NCBI GenBank assembly: GCA_023397475.1
Contig: JAEWUD010000047.1
Coordinates: 3,543 to 67,542 of the forward strand
DNA from: Bacillota bacterium
Lineage (GTDB): Bacteria; Bacillota; Clostridia; Saccharofermentanales; Saccharofermentanaceae
Length of the DNA: 64,000 nucleotides
Direction: 5' to 3'
A model generated the notes under the pieces. The model was not told the DNA's origin and ran no database searches. It saw nothing but the letters and a program-made list of their open reading frames with translations. A program made the position numbers and the translations under genes. Of this stretch, positions 16,670 to 27,175 are shown piece by piece. Numbering within the stretch: position 1 is the first letter of the stretch; each line of letters begins with the position of its first letter.

Positions 16670-18112
16670 GTGACCGGTGATTTGAACGTTCCGCCCTTTC
16701 TCCTTTCTTCGGTCAAATTCGGAATCCAGCTCGGTCTGATGCGTATGCAGAGCCTTCTGCGTCGTCTGGGAAATCCCGAGGCAGACATGCGATGCATTCA
16801 TGTTGCCGGTACCAACGGCAAGGGATCGACCGTAGCTTTTATCTCCTCGATTCTCGCTGCCGCGGGTCATCGAACCGGCATATATACGTCTCCTTATCTC
16901 GAACGCTTCAGCGAACGTATCCGAATTCTCGACGGGCAGGATTCCCTGGACCGGTATTTTACAGATGACCGGGAGGGAGAGATTCCGCGTGAGGCCTTAT
17001 TTCGACTCTCTTCGCGGGTGGAGGCGGCTGTCGGTGACATGCTCGCCGACGATGAAGAACATCCGACCGAATTTGAATTAGTCACCGCGGTGGCTTTTCT
17101 GTATTTTCGCGAAAAGAATTGCGACTATATCGTCCTTGAAACCGGTCTTGGGGGACGACTCGACTCCACAAACGTCATCGAAAAGCCGATCGCAACCGTA
17201 ATCACAGCGCTCGGCTACGACCATACCGACCGTCTGGGCACGACGATTCGGGAGATAGCCTTCGAGAAAGCGGGCATTATCAAGGACGGCTGTCCGGTCT
17301 TTCTGTATGATCCGCATGCGTTGTCGCTCACTCCGAATGAGGCAGCAGATATATTTACGGTTATTAATGAACGGGCGAAGGAGTTGCATACCTCGTGTGT
17401 TGTCGTCTCTCCTGACACGATATCGGATGTGACCGCGAACGTTGACGGACAGAGCTTCACACTGGAATTCTTTGGGGAACGCGTATCCATCGGGCTTCTT
17501 GGCGCACATCAGACCATGAACGCGGCGCTTTCGGTCCGGGTGATGTTGCATCTGGTCCCTCATGATGCGATTCTCGAAGGTCTTCGAAAAGCGATCTGGA
17601 AAGGTCGCCTTGAGGTCTTGCGCAAAAGCCCTCTCATCCTACTGGACGGCGGACACAATCCGCAGGGAGCCGAGGCATTCGCACGCGCGACCGGCGAGAT
17701 TTTCGCGGAAGAATTTCGCCATCATCCGCCTCGTCTGATCCTTGGCTTTATGCGGGATAAAGATGTTTCCTCAATTCTTTCTGTGCTGGAGGAGAATGTC
17801 GGATATCCGATCGAGGAGTTTCTGTGTGTTACCCCCGATAATCCGCGATCCATGCCGGGAGAAGAGCTTGCCGGGATTCTGCGTTTCCGCCGCAAAGAGT
17901 GGCAAAAGTTTTACAAGAATACCCCGTCTATGTATAATGGGCAAGGAAAGATTCAGGCGTTCCCGACGGTACCGTCCGCGTGCCGTGAGGCGCTTCTGTC
18001 TTCCGGCAGGGACGATGCCCCGATCTTGTGTGTGGGCTCACTTTATCTCGCGGGAGAAGCGAGACAAATCCTTGTCGAGGGACGTAAGGAGACAACTGAT
18101 GAATTGGCTTGA
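16670..18112 (+). CDS. folC: Bifunctional folylpolyglutamate synthase / dihydrofolate synthase
   Basis: P-loop HVAGTNGKGST. Mur-ligase family layout. GTG start behind GGAAGGAG. Confidence 0.9.
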   Translation: MTGDLNVPPFLLSSVKFGIQLGLMRMQSLLRRLGNPEADMRCIHVAGTNGKGSTVAFISSILAAAGHRTGIYTSPYLERFSERIRILDGQDSLDRYFTDDREGEIPREALFRLSSRVEAAVGDMLADDEEHPTEFELVTAVAFLYFREKNCDYIVLETGLGGRLDSTNVIEKPIATVITALGYDHTDRLGTTIREIAFEKAGIIKDGCPVFLYDPHALSLTPNEAADIFTVINERAKELHTSCVVVSPDTISDVTANVDGQSFTLEFFGERVSIGLLGAHQTMNAALSVRVMLHLVPHDAILEGLRKAIWKGRLEVLRKSPLILLDGGHNPQGAEAFARATGEIFAEEFRHHPPRLILGFMRDKDVSSILSVLEENVGYPIEEFLCVTPDNPRSMPGEELAGILRFRRKEWQKFYKNTPSMYNGQGKIQAFPTVPSACREALLSSGRDDAPILCVGSLYLAGEARQILVEGRKETTDELA

Positions 18113-19196
18113 GGCCGCACAGGCCGCACCTTCCGTCGAAGCGAAGGATCTCATGCATTTGCAGCTTTCGGAGGAAGAGAGTGCGAAGCTTATCGCGCTT
18201 TACGCACGCTCTTTGTCGAATGCGCGATCCGACAGCGCGGATATTGCGATGATCGCCCTGAAGAAAGCTTTGTCCGATCATCCGGGTTGGGGAGAGGCCG
18301 CTCTGCTTTTCGGTATTTGCCTTGCGCAGGACGGTAAACTCAAGCGTGCCAAGGCAAGCTTTGAGCATGCTTTATCCGTCGGACTTGTCTCTGAGTGCGC
18401 TACGTATCTGACACAAGAACTGTATCGGGATGTCACAAACATGACCGAGAATCCGTCGGCAGCCCTGTCCGGCGATGAGCCGGTTCCGGGACGCAGATTT
18501 TTGGAGAATATTCGCGGACCGAAGAAGGCGTCGATTTTCGAGGCCCCCGATGCGGACACCAAAGGACGCATGCGGGCACCGATTCTCACGCGTGCACCCA
18601 AATCCGCCGCCAAGGCGAAACTCGCGACGGACAGAGAGCGCAGGGATGTTCTGATGCAGGCGAATGCCTCACCGGAGACAGGCGACGAAGAGATCGATGT
18701 ATCGATTCCGAAGACACCCGCAGAGAAGCTTCGCATTTTTCTGCTGTTATCCGGCGTCGTACTGGCAGCCGCGGCTCTCGGTCTTTTCGTGTGGTATATC
18801 GCGATTCCCGGCGTGTCGGATCTGATTCGGGCGCAGCAAGCGCAGACACGATTGGATTTCCTTCTCACGGAAATGCAGAAGGAGAAGGCGGATCCGGAGA
18901 TCGCCAAGATAATGGATCAGTACGTGCAGGAATTTGCCGCATCTGATCCGGCGAATGGCTCTGGCGAGTCTGTGATAGGCTCGAATACGACAGGTACGGA
19001 TCTTGTGCAAACGCCGACGCCTACCGTCGCTGTAACACCCCAGACGACACCGACGACACCTTCGCAGGTAACGGATACGACAACGATCCCGTCACAGGAT
19101 TCGACAACCGTCTCGGTGACAGGGGAGACCACCGGCACAATAACGGAAGCGAATCCGGAAGGCGCGAGAACGGACACGACCACCGCGGCCGAGTGA
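18099..19196 (+). CDS. Single-pass membrane protein with a TPR-like N-terminal region and a Thr-rich C-terminal tail; hypothetical
   Basis: ATG 18099 behind AAGGAG overlaps the folC end by 14 nt. TM helix IFLLLSGVVLAAAALGLFVWYIAI. Confidence 0.65.
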   Translation: MNWLEAAQAAPSVEAKDLMHLQLSEEESAKLIALYARSLSNARSDSADIAMIALKKALSDHPGWGEAALLFGICLAQDGKLKRAKASFEHALSVGLVSECATYLTQELYRDVTNMTENPSAALSGDEPVPGRRFLENIRGPKKASIFEAPDADTKGRMRAPILTRAPKSAAKAKLATDRERRDVLMQANASPETGDEEIDVSIPKTPAEKLRIFLLLSGVVLAAAALGLFVWYIAIPGVSDLIRAQQAQTRLDFLLTEMQKEKADPEIAKIMDQYVQEFAASDPANGSGESVIGSNTTGTDLVQTPTPTVAVTPQTTPTTPSQVTDTTTIPSQDSTTVSVTGETTGTITEANPEGARTDTTTAAE

Positions 19197-19260
19197 CGAT
19201 ATACAGAAGAATACGGCAAGTCATACGTAGATGTGGAAACACCGCATAACAGGAGGATTT

Positions 19261-20766
19261 ATGAGATACATCAGCACACGGGGAACCGACTTCGGATATA
19301 CTTCGGCACAGGCGATCAAGCAGGGCCTGGCTCCGGACGGCGGATTGTTTGTTCCGGAATCGATACCGACACTCAGCAAAGAGGATGTCCTTCGGATGGC
19401 GGCTCAACCTTACGTAAACACGGCGGCAGATGTTCTGTCTCTGTATTTGACGGACTATACCTATCAGGAACTCCTCGACGCCTGCCGTCTAGCATATGAC
19501 CCGGAGAAGTTCGGAGAGAATCCGATTCCTCTTGTTCAGCTCAACGCATACAACGATCGCGAGTATATTCTGGAGCTCTGGCACGGGCCGACGGCGGCAT
19601 TTAAAGATGTTGCTTTGCAGCTACTGCCGTATCTACTTACCGGAGCGATCCGTAAGACCGGGGAGAATCGCAAGGTTTGCATTCTTACGGCTACCTCGGG
19701 AGACACGGGCAAGGCCGCTCTTGAAGGCTTCAAGGACGTACCGGGAACCGAAGTGATCGTATTCTATCCCTCGGACGGTGTCTCCGAAGCCCAGCGTCTT
19801 CAAATGGTGACGACGGAAGGAAGTAACGTGCACGTCGTAGCCGTCGACGGCTGCTTCGATGACGCGCAGACCGGGGTGAAGCGAATCTTCGGTGACGAGG
19901 AGTACGCGGCGCAGCTGGCTTCGGCTGATGTTGTCCTCTCGTCCGCCAATTCAATCAATTGGGGAAGACTCGTACCCCAGATCGCCTACTATGTCGCTTC
20001 CTACGCCGACCTTGTGGCTCGCGAAAAGATCGCCTACGGCGAGCCGATCAATATTGTTGTTCCCACCGGAAATTTCGGAAATATCATGGCGGCCTGGTAT
20101 GCGATGAAGATGGGAATTCCCGTCAACAAGCTGCTCTGCGCTTCGAACCGCAACAAGGTCCTTTCGGATTTCCTGCGCACCGGCAAATATGATCGCAACC
20201 GTGAGTTCTATAAGACGAATTCACCTTCGATGGATATCCTCGTATCCTCGAATCTCGAGAGATTGCTTTTCGAGATTTCGGGTCATAACGGCGCGAAGAT
20301 CATGGAGTGGATGAACCAGCTCAATTCCTCCGGGCAATACACCGTTGATGCGTCAACCTTGCGCGTATTGCAGAGTGTCTTTGTCGGCGGTTTCTCGGAT
20401 GAGGCAGGAATAATGAAGACCATACGCGAGGTCTATGACCGTTGTGATCACGTCGTTGATACACATACCGCAGTAGGTTTCAATGTTTACAGCCGCTATT
20501 ACGCCCGCTCGGGTGATGAGAACAAGACCATCTTCGTCTCTACAGCGAGTCCTTTTAAGTTTGCGGATTCCGTCATGGACGCGTTGAATGGCAACGGATA
20601 CAGCAGAGGGCGCTCATCCGAGGTAATTATTCGAGAGTTGTCCGAAGAGAGTTCACTTGATGTTCCCGCAGGACTTGTTAACCTTAGCGAGAAGCCTGTT
20701 CTGCATGACACGGTCATCAAGAAAGAAGAAATGAAGAATGCGGTCTCGCAGATTCTGAACGTATAA
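19261..20766 (+). CDS. thrC: Threonine synthase (long form)
   Basis: MRYISTRG N-terminus and the PLP-lysine context TAAFKDVALQ. RBS AGGAGG. Confidence 0.93.
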   Translation: MRYISTRGTDFGYTSAQAIKQGLAPDGGLFVPESIPTLSKEDVLRMAAQPYVNTAADVLSLYLTDYTYQELLDACRLAYDPEKFGENPIPLVQLNAYNDREYILELWHGPTAAFKDVALQLLPYLLTGAIRKTGENRKVCILTATSGDTGKAALEGFKDVPGTEVIVFYPSDGVSEAQRLQMVTTEGSNVHVVAVDGCFDDAQTGVKRIFGDEEYAAQLASADVVLSSANSINWGRLVPQIAYYVASYADLVAREKIAYGEPINIVVPTGNFGNIMAAWYAMKMGIPVNKLLCASNRNKVLSDFLRTGKYDRNREFYKTNSPSMDILVSSNLERLLFEISGHNGAKIMEWMNQLNSSGQYTVDASTLRVLQSVFVGGFSDEAGIMKTIREVYDRCDHVVDTHTAVGFNVYSRYYARSGDENKTIFVSTASPFKFADSVMDALNGNGYSRGRSSEVIIRELSEESSLDVPAGLVNLSEKPVLHDTVIKKEEMKNAVSQILNV

Positions 20767-20801
20767 ACGATCCGGGCTGCGATCATTCAACGTCCGAAAA
20801 A

Positions 20802-20852
20802 AACCCTCCGCTGCTTCCGGATATCCTTGATCCCGGAACGAGGCGGAGGGTT
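20802..20852. terminator. Bidirectional terminator between thrC and the convergent padR-family gene
   Basis: AACCCTCCGC ... GCGGAGGGTT with inner TTCCGG/CCGGAA pairing. An A8 run on the plus strand gives a T8 tail for the minus-strand gene. Confidence 0.75.
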
Positions 20853-20911
20853 AATTTATGTCTGATTTGTGTCGACGACCTTGTCGAACCCTATCTTGTC
20901 GGAAAATAGGA

Positions 20912-21268
20912 TTACCCCTTGATGATCATCTGGATGCCCTTGTTCAATTCGTTGAAGTCTTCCTTGAGAGAAACCAGATATGCCTTACCCGAATCCGTGA
21001 TCGCGTAGTACCGGCGCAGACGATTATCCTCGGAAATCTTCTTCTCAAATTCCTCGATATAGCCGAACTTCATCAGACGATAAATCGCGGGGTAGAGGGT
21101 AGCAACCTTATACAGGCCCTTGCTCCTGGACTCGAACGACTGAATCAACTGGTAAACATACATCGGACTCTCGGAAAGAAGATGCAGGATTAGCATCTCG
21201 ACAGTGGCCTTCTTGTAATTCTCTCTCATCCCTTCAGGTGTTCCGCTTCTTGTCGTGTTCTCTAACAT
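20912..21268 (-). CDS. PadR family transcriptional regulator
   Basis: Winged-helix core EMLILHLLSESPMYVYQLIQ...LYPAIYRLMKFGYIEE. ATG 21268 behind GAGGTGA. Confidence 0.85.
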   Translation of the reverse strand: MLENTTRSGTPEGMRENYKKATVEMLILHLLSESPMYVYQLIQSFESRSKGLYKVATLYPAIYRLMKFGYIEEFEKKISEDNRLRRYYAITDSGKAYLVSLKEDFNELNKGIQMIIKG

Positions 21269-21449
21269 AGCTCTCACCTCACTTCATAAGTTATAAGAGG
21301 ATACCGACATTTCCAACTTCATTTTATCAAAATTTAAACATTCGTCTACAATTTATAATAGTTGTTTTCAGCATGTTTACTGATATATATAAAAAAATAT
21401 TCAATTTACGCGAAAAAATCGGAAAAAATTCGTAAAAATTGATATAAAT

Positions 21450-21492
21450 CAAATAAAACATAAAGAATGACCCCGCGTTTCCGCAAGGTCAT
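21450..21492 (-). terminator. Candidate intrinsic terminator of prfC
   Basis: ATGACC...GGTCAT hairpin with an inner GCG/CGC stem, followed on the minus strand by a T-rich tract. Confidence 0.45.
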
Positions 21493-21517
21493 CTGCGCAC
21501 AAGAGAGCAAAAAAGTG

Positions 21518-23125
21518 TTATTCGTGGATATCTTCCAATAATAGACCAGGGTTCCTCTCCAGAGCCCAGGAGATACCCCATTCAGACTCGAAAAGGATCA
21601 CGGGGGCATTATCTTTGTCCAACACCAGAAGGGATGTCGATGTTATCGTGAGACGCTTGGGTTCCACGGGTTGCGAAGGATTCTCTGACGAGACCCAACG
21701 GGCATGCCGGTAATTCAAATTCGTACGCAGGATCTCGACGCCATATTCATTCTTGAGTCGATGTTCCAGCACTTCGAACTGAAGAACGCCGACCACACCC
21801 ATAATGTACGTCTCAGTTCCGATATCCGGTTGTTTGTAGAGCTGAATCGCCCCCTCCTCCGACAACTGGTCGATACCCTTCAGAAATTGTTTGCGCTTCA
21901 TCGAATCCATCGGCATGACCTTCGCGAAAAACTCCGGAGGGAAGACGGGTATGCCCTCAAAGCGGAAGGGCTGCGAGGCGGACGTCAATGTGTCTCCGAT
22001 ACGGAAGATTCCCGGATCAAATACGCCGATGATATCCCCCGCATAGGCATCCTCAACAATCGTGCGCTCCTGTGCCATAAACTGCTGCGGTTGTGCGAGC
22101 GTGATCTTCTTGTCCAAACGCACATGCTTGACGGACATGTTCTTGTCGTACTTGCCGGAGCAAATACGCATGAATGCCATGCGATCCCTGTGATTCGGAT
22201 CCATGTTCGCCTGGATCTTGAACACAAAGCCGGAAAAATTCGCGTCGTCCGGCGCCAATATTCCTTTGTCTGTCTTGCGCGGTCCCGGAGCAGGTGCAAG
22301 GGAGAGGAAAGATTTCAGAAACGGTTCCACACCAAAGTTCGTAATCGCGGATCCGAAATATACCGGCGTGAGCTCGCCGCCGAGAACCTTCTCCCGGTCG
22401 AAAGGATCTCCGGCCATATCCAGAAGTTCAATGTCCGCCATCAACGTGTCGTAATGATGTACACCCAGCGTTGTCTTGAGCTCGTTGTCCGTTGTGTTGC
22501 GCGTGCTGCTCTTCACGACGCTCGCGCCGTGATCCCCCGATGTCGAATCGAAAAGAGTGACCTGCCCGTCTGCGCGGCTGTAAACGCCCTTGAAATCGCC
22601 GTCCGTACCGATCGGCCAGTTCATCGGCGTCGACCTTATACCCAAGACCTTCTCGAGTTCATCGATCAGGTCGAAGGGATTCTTCGCGGCGCGGTCCATC
22701 TTATTAATAAAGGTGAAGATCGGAATTCCTCTCTTCCTACATACCGTGAAAAGCTTGATCGTCTGCGCCTCGACACCCTTGGCACCGTCGAGCAGCATGA
22801 CCGCCGCGTCGGCGGCACAGAGCGTGCGATAGGTGTCTTCGGAGAAATCCTGATGTCCGGGTGTATCGAGGATATTGATGCAATATCCGTCATAGTTGAA
22901 CTGCATGACCGAGGATGTGACAGAGATACCTCTCTGCTTCTCGATCTCCATCCAGTCGGAGGTGGCGTGGCGCGACGCTTTACGGGCCTTAACCGAACCC
23001 GCCATGTGAATGGCGCCTCCGTAAAGCAGAAGCTTCTCCGTCATCGTCGTCTTACCGGCGTCAGGGTGCGATATGATCGCAAATGTCCTTCGTATATCAA
23101 TCTGTCTCTTCGTCTCGGCGTCCAT
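21518..23125 (-). CDS. prfC: Peptide chain release factor 3
   Basis: GTPase motifs AIISHPDAGKTT and DTPGHQDF. RF3-length protein. Start MDAETKRQ behind AGGAAG. Confidence 0.93.
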   Translation of the reverse strand: MDAETKRQIDIRRTFAIISHPDAGKTTMTEKLLLYGGAIHMAGSVKARKASRHATSDWMEIEKQRGISVTSSVMQFNYDGYCINILDTPGHQDFSEDTYRTLCAADAAVMLLDGAKGVEAQTIKLFTVCRKRGIPIFTFINKMDRAAKNPFDLIDELEKVLGIRSTPMNWPIGTDGDFKGVYSRADGQVTLFDSTSGDHGASVVKSSTRNTTDNELKTTLGVHHYDTLMADIELLDMAGDPFDREKVLGGELTPVYFGSAITNFGVEPFLKSFLSLAPAPGPRKTDKGILAPDDANFSGFVFKIQANMDPNHRDRMAFMRICSGKYDKNMSVKHVRLDKKITLAQPQQFMAQERTIVEDAYAGDIIGVFDPGIFRIGDTLTSASQPFRFEGIPVFPPEFFAKVMPMDSMKRKQFLKGIDQLSEEGAIQLYKQPDIGTETYIMGVVGVLQFEVLEHRLKNEYGVEILRTNLNYRHARWVSSENPSQPVEPKRLTITSTSLLVLDKDNAPVILFESEWGISWALERNPGLLLEDIHE

Positions 23126-23241
23126 ATTATCACTTCCTGCCCTGTGGCTCTTCACTCTCCAAGGTAGTCGCCAAGCATAGAATGCGCTAGGAACGAGCCC
23201 CGAAATAAGCTATAATGATTGTAGTTATTAACAGCCGAATT

Positions 23242-23271
23242 ATTATATCAGGCTTTCCGCTTACGTGGCAA
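23242..23271 (-). promoter_or_regulatory. Candidate sigma-A promoter of prfC
   Basis: On the minus strand: TTGCCA - 18 nt - TATAAT with a TG extension (TGATATAAT). Confidence 0.35.
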
Positions 23272-23287
23272 GCTGGAGAGGTAGTAT

Positions 23288-24106
23288 ATGTCAGATATTG
23301 GAGATATACGGCTTGCGGTACTGATAGATGCGGATAATGTCTCATCAAGCTATATCAAGCTGATGATCGAAGAGCTCGCGCGCTACGGGAACCCAACCAT
23401 TAAGCGAATCTACGGGGATTGGACAAGGCCGAATCTGGGCAGTTGGAAGTCGGTTCTTCTCGATTATGCCTTCCAGCCGATTCAGCAGTTCGGTTATACC
23501 AGCGGCAAGAATTCGACAGACAGCGCGCTGATTATCGACGCGATGGATATTCTCTACGCGGAGAAGGTCGAGGGCTTCTGTCTCGTGTCGAGTGACAGCG
23601 ACTTTACGCGACTGGCGACGAGACTTCGCGAGGCGGGGAAGATCGTGTACGGGATCGGAGAGAAGAAGACACCGACGCCCTTTATTGCGGCATGTGATCG
23701 GTTTATTTATCTGGAGATTCTCGGCGTGAGTAATTCTTTCGAGGAGCCTGCGAAAGAGTCCTCCGAAACCTCAGGGCGTTCGTCTACAAACGGGGACTCG
23801 AAGGTTGCGAAGCCATCCGCACCGGAACGCAGTAACAAACGACTTGTTTCGAAGCTTGACCGAGAGACGGTCGGTCTGATCCGGTCCTCGATATCGGATC
23901 TGGCGGACGATCAGGGTTGGGCCTTTCTCGGTGCTGTCGGCAATCTGGTTCTCAAGAAGAGACCCTCGTTCGACTCTCGCAACTTCGGGTTTGCCAAGCT
24001 GTCTCAACTGATTCGATCGATCGACAGTATCGAATGTGAAGAGCGCATCAACGAGAAGAATCCGTTGGTAACCCTCATCTACATCCGTGACCGGGAGGAC
24101 GAATGA
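23288..24106 (+). CDS. NYN (LabA-like) domain protein with a C-terminal OST-HTH/LOTUS domain
   Basis: LAVLIDADNV...YGDW...LVSSDSDFTRLATRLREAGKIVYGIG pattern of NYN/LabA, plus a C-terminal OST-HTH-like segment. Confidence 0.85.
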   Translation: MSDIGDIRLAVLIDADNVSSSYIKLMIEELARYGNPTIKRIYGDWTRPNLGSWKSVLLDYAFQPIQQFGYTSGKNSTDSALIIDAMDILYAEKVEGFCLVSSDSDFTRLATRLREAGKIVYGIGEKKTPTPFIAACDRFIYLEILGVSNSFEEPAKESSETSGRSSTNGDSKVAKPSAPERSNKRLVSKLDRETVGLIRSSISDLADDQGWAFLGAVGNLVLKKRPSFDSRNFGFAKLSQLIRSIDSIECEERINEKNPLVTLIYIRDREDE

Positions 24107-25641
24107 CGATGGCAAACAGATCCGGCGGAGTCCTTCTGCATATCTCTTCTTTACCGGGCCCCTTCGGAATCGGTTGTTTTGGAGAGGAGGCGGTGGAGTT
24201 TGCCGCCAGAATTCGCGGTGCGGGATTCTCGTTTTGGCAGGTTCTGCCCTTTTCCAAGCCGGGAAGCGGCGATTCACCCTACCAGAGTTTCTCCGCTTTT
24301 GCGGGGAATCCGTATTTTATCGATCCTCGCGAGTTGCTCGTTCTGGATCTGATCACACCTTCCGAACTGGAGAACGCGATCGATACCGGTCCGCAATATG
24401 CCGTGGATTTCCCGAAGCTCTACGCGAGTCGGGAGAACCTTCTGCGTCAGGCTTACAGCCGCATTTCGCCGGAGATTACCGAGGCTATCCGCGATTTTTT
24501 ACGCTCGAATCCATGGCTTGACGATGTTGCGCTTTTCGAGACATTGAAGCTTCGCAATGATGGCATGCCTTGGTGGGAGTGGCCGCATGATGAGCGCCTG
24601 CATGAAGCGAATGCGATGGACGCGGTTCGGCGTGATTATCACGAGGACTATTTCTATTTCTGTTTCCTGCAATATGAATTTTATCGGGAATGGACGGAGC
24701 TCAAGGCCAAGATCAATCAGAAGGGCATCGGCGTCATCGGGGATATTCCGATCTATGTCTCCGCGGACAGTTCGGATGTTTGGGCGAACAGCCGACTCTT
24801 CCAGGTACGTGCGGATCATACTTTCTCGCGCGTGGCGGGAGTTCCTCCGGATTATTTCTGCGAGGACGGTCAGTTGTGGGGCAATCCCTTGTACGACTGG
24901 GATGCGCACAAACGCGAAGGGTACACCTGGTGGCTGATGCGCCTTGGCTTGAACTTCAAGCTCTATGATAAGGTGCGTATCGATCATTTCCGTGGATTCT
25001 GCTCCTATTGGAGCGTCGATGCGGCCGAGACCACAGCCCGTAAGGGTACATGGGTCGAGGGCCCCGGCATGGATCTGTTCCGCAAGATCGCGTCGGTATT
25101 TCCCGATCCGCCGATCATCGCCGAGGACTTGGGTGATGTGGACGACGCAGTGCGCGATTTTCTGCAAGAGACCGGTTTTCCCGGCATGCGGGTCCTGCAG
25201 TTCGGGTTTGATCCTTGCGGAGACAGCACGAATTTGCCGCACAATTATGAATACAACTGTGTCGCGTATACCGGCACGCACGACAACAATACCCTGTTGG
25301 GATGGCTGTGGGATTCCTCCGAGAGCGAGCGTGACTTTGCTCTTGCATATTGCGGAGTCGAAGGAGAAGACTGGGGCAGAGGAGGTCCGCAGAGCAAGGT
25401 CTGCAGGGCTTTGGTTCGACAGGTTTGGCAATCGCACGCGATGCTGACGGTAGCGCCCATGCAGGATCTTCTGGGTTACGGCGCGGATACACGCATGAAT
25501 ATTCCGGGTACTCCGACGCAGAACTGGCGATATCGGATGACGTTCGAGAGCATGGCGGAGCTCGATACGGCATGGCTTAAACGATTGAATCTTCTGTACC
25601 GCAGAGACGAACCTTTCGGGAGGCTTGCAGGCGATGAATGA
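24103..25641 (+). CDS. malQ: 4-alpha-glucanotransferase (amylomaltase)
   Basis: GVLLHISSLPGPFGIG, SPYQSFSAFAGNPYFID and RIDHFRGF motifs of GH77. Confidence 0.93.
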   Translation: MTMANRSGGVLLHISSLPGPFGIGCFGEEAVEFAARIRGAGFSFWQVLPFSKPGSGDSPYQSFSAFAGNPYFIDPRELLVLDLITPSELENAIDTGPQYAVDFPKLYASRENLLRQAYSRISPEITEAIRDFLRSNPWLDDVALFETLKLRNDGMPWWEWPHDERLHEANAMDAVRRDYHEDYFYFCFLQYEFYREWTELKAKINQKGIGVIGDIPIYVSADSSDVWANSRLFQVRADHTFSRVAGVPPDYFCEDGQLWGNPLYDWDAHKREGYTWWLMRLGLNFKLYDKVRIDHFRGFCSYWSVDAAETTARKGTWVEGPGMDLFRKIASVFPDPPIIAEDLGDVDDAVRDFLQETGFPGMRVLQFGFDPCGDSTNLPHNYEYNCVAYTGTHDNNTLLGWLWDSSESERDFALAYCGVEGEDWGRGGPQSKVCRALVRQVWQSHAMLTVAPMQDLLGYGADTRMNIPGTPTQNWRYRMTFESMAELDTAWLKRLNLLYRRDEPFGRLAGDE

Positions 25642-27142
25642 GTATATTCTGGCGATAGATCAGGGGACGACCTCGTCCCGCTGCATGATTTTCGACGCGT
25701 CCGGCAATTCCGTTGCGATGGCCCAATATAGCTTCGCGCAACATTTTCCGGAACCCGGTTGGGTGGAACAGGACCCGATGGATATCCTGGGAACGGTTCT
25801 GCACGCGATGGGAGAAGCCTTCGAGAAGAGTAATTTGTCTGCGACGAATATCGCGGCGATCGGAATTACAAACCAGCGCGAGACGACCGTAATCTGGGAT
25901 CGCGAATCGGGATTGCCGATCTATCCGGCGATCGTTTGGCAGTGCAGGCGGACGGCGCCGATGTGCGATGCGATCAAGGCGGAGGGTTACCAGAAGCTGA
26001 TCTCGGAGCGGACGGGTCTGGTTGTCGACGCGTATTTTTCGGCGACAAAGATCAAATGGATTCTCGATCATGTTCCCGGAGCTCGCGAGAAGGCATCGGA
26101 CGGCAAGCTCCTTTTTGGCACGGTAGACACATGGCTGATCTGGAATCTTACGGGAGGGGCGTCGCACACGACAGATTATTCGAACGCTTCCCGGACGATG
26201 CTGTTTGACATTGACCGACTGCAATGGGATGAAGAGCTCTGTCGACTTCTGGGCATCCCCTTTGAGATGTTGCCGGAAGCGAAGCCCTCATGCACGAATT
26301 TCGGCATGATTACCGCGGGCATTAAGGGAATCGAGAAGCTCTCCGGCATTCCGATCAGCGCTGCGGCGGGGGATCAGGCGGCGGCACTTTTCGGGCAGAT
26401 GTGCTTTGATGTGGGCGATACCAAGAATACCTACGGGACCGGTTGTTTTACGTTGATGAACACGGGATCGAGAAGAATACGTTCGGAGAGCGGCCTATTG
26501 TCCTCCGCGGCCTGGTCGATCAACGGTGTGACGACCTATGCTCTTGAGGGCAGTGTGTTCAATGCCGGTTCGACGATATCCTGGCTGAAGGATGAGCTGA
26601 AGATGATCGCGACGCATCGCGAGTGTGACGAGTTGGCTGAGCTTGTCGATGACAACAACGGCGTATATCTGGTGCCGGCGTTTACGGGACTGGGTGCGCC
26701 GTACTGGGATATGTATGCGCGCGCACTGATTATCGGACTGACGCGAGGGACCGGACGCGAGCATATCGCGCGAGCGGCGCTCGAGAGTATCGCGTATCAG
26801 GTGAGGGATCTTGTTGAGCTAATGAAGGATGATTCCGGTCATTCGATCGCGGAACTTAAGGTCGACGGCGGTTCGACGGTAAGTGAATTCCTGATGCAGT
26901 TCCAATCGGACATTCTAGGGATTCCCGTCAACCGTTCGCTGGTTACCGAGGCGACCAGTTGCGGAATTGCGAATCTTGCCGGAATGACTTGCGGTCTGTT
27001 CACATCGACGGAACAACTTCGTAAGAATCGTGTTGTCGCCAAGCTGTATGAGCCATCAATGGAGGATGTCCGCCGCGAACGATATTATGCGGACTGGAAA
27101 CGCGCTGTTATACGCGCGGGCAAATGGTCCTCCTCTGATTAA
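25634..27142 (+). CDS. glpK: Glycerol kinase
   Basis: YILAIDQGTTSSR and GITNQRETTVIWD motifs of FGGY kinases. The start could also be TTG 25625. Confidence 0.93.
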   Translation: MNEYILAIDQGTTSSRCMIFDASGNSVAMAQYSFAQHFPEPGWVEQDPMDILGTVLHAMGEAFEKSNLSATNIAAIGITNQRETTVIWDRESGLPIYPAIVWQCRRTAPMCDAIKAEGYQKLISERTGLVVDAYFSATKIKWILDHVPGAREKASDGKLLFGTVDTWLIWNLTGGASHTTDYSNASRTMLFDIDRLQWDEELCRLLGIPFEMLPEAKPSCTNFGMITAGIKGIEKLSGIPISAAAGDQAAALFGQMCFDVGDTKNTYGTGCFTLMNTGSRRIRSESGLLSSAAWSINGVTTYALEGSVFNAGSTISWLKDELKMIATHRECDELAELVDDNNGVYLVPAFTGLGAPYWDMYARALIIGLTRGTGREHIARAALESIAYQVRDLVELMKDDSGHSIAELKVDGGSTVSEFLMQFQSDILGIPVNRSLVTEATSCGIANLAGMTCGLFTSTEQLRKNRVVAKLYEPSMEDVRRERYYADWKRAVIRAGKWSSSD

Positions 27143-27175
27143 CAACAAATCTGTGCATATAAGGCGGTATAGCGA

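Noticed and set aside
23288-24106. The NYN/OST-HTH protein as a toxin or defence nuclease
   Set aside because: It is the widespread LabA-like architecture. It is translationally coupled to malQ, with no antitoxin-sized partner or defence context.
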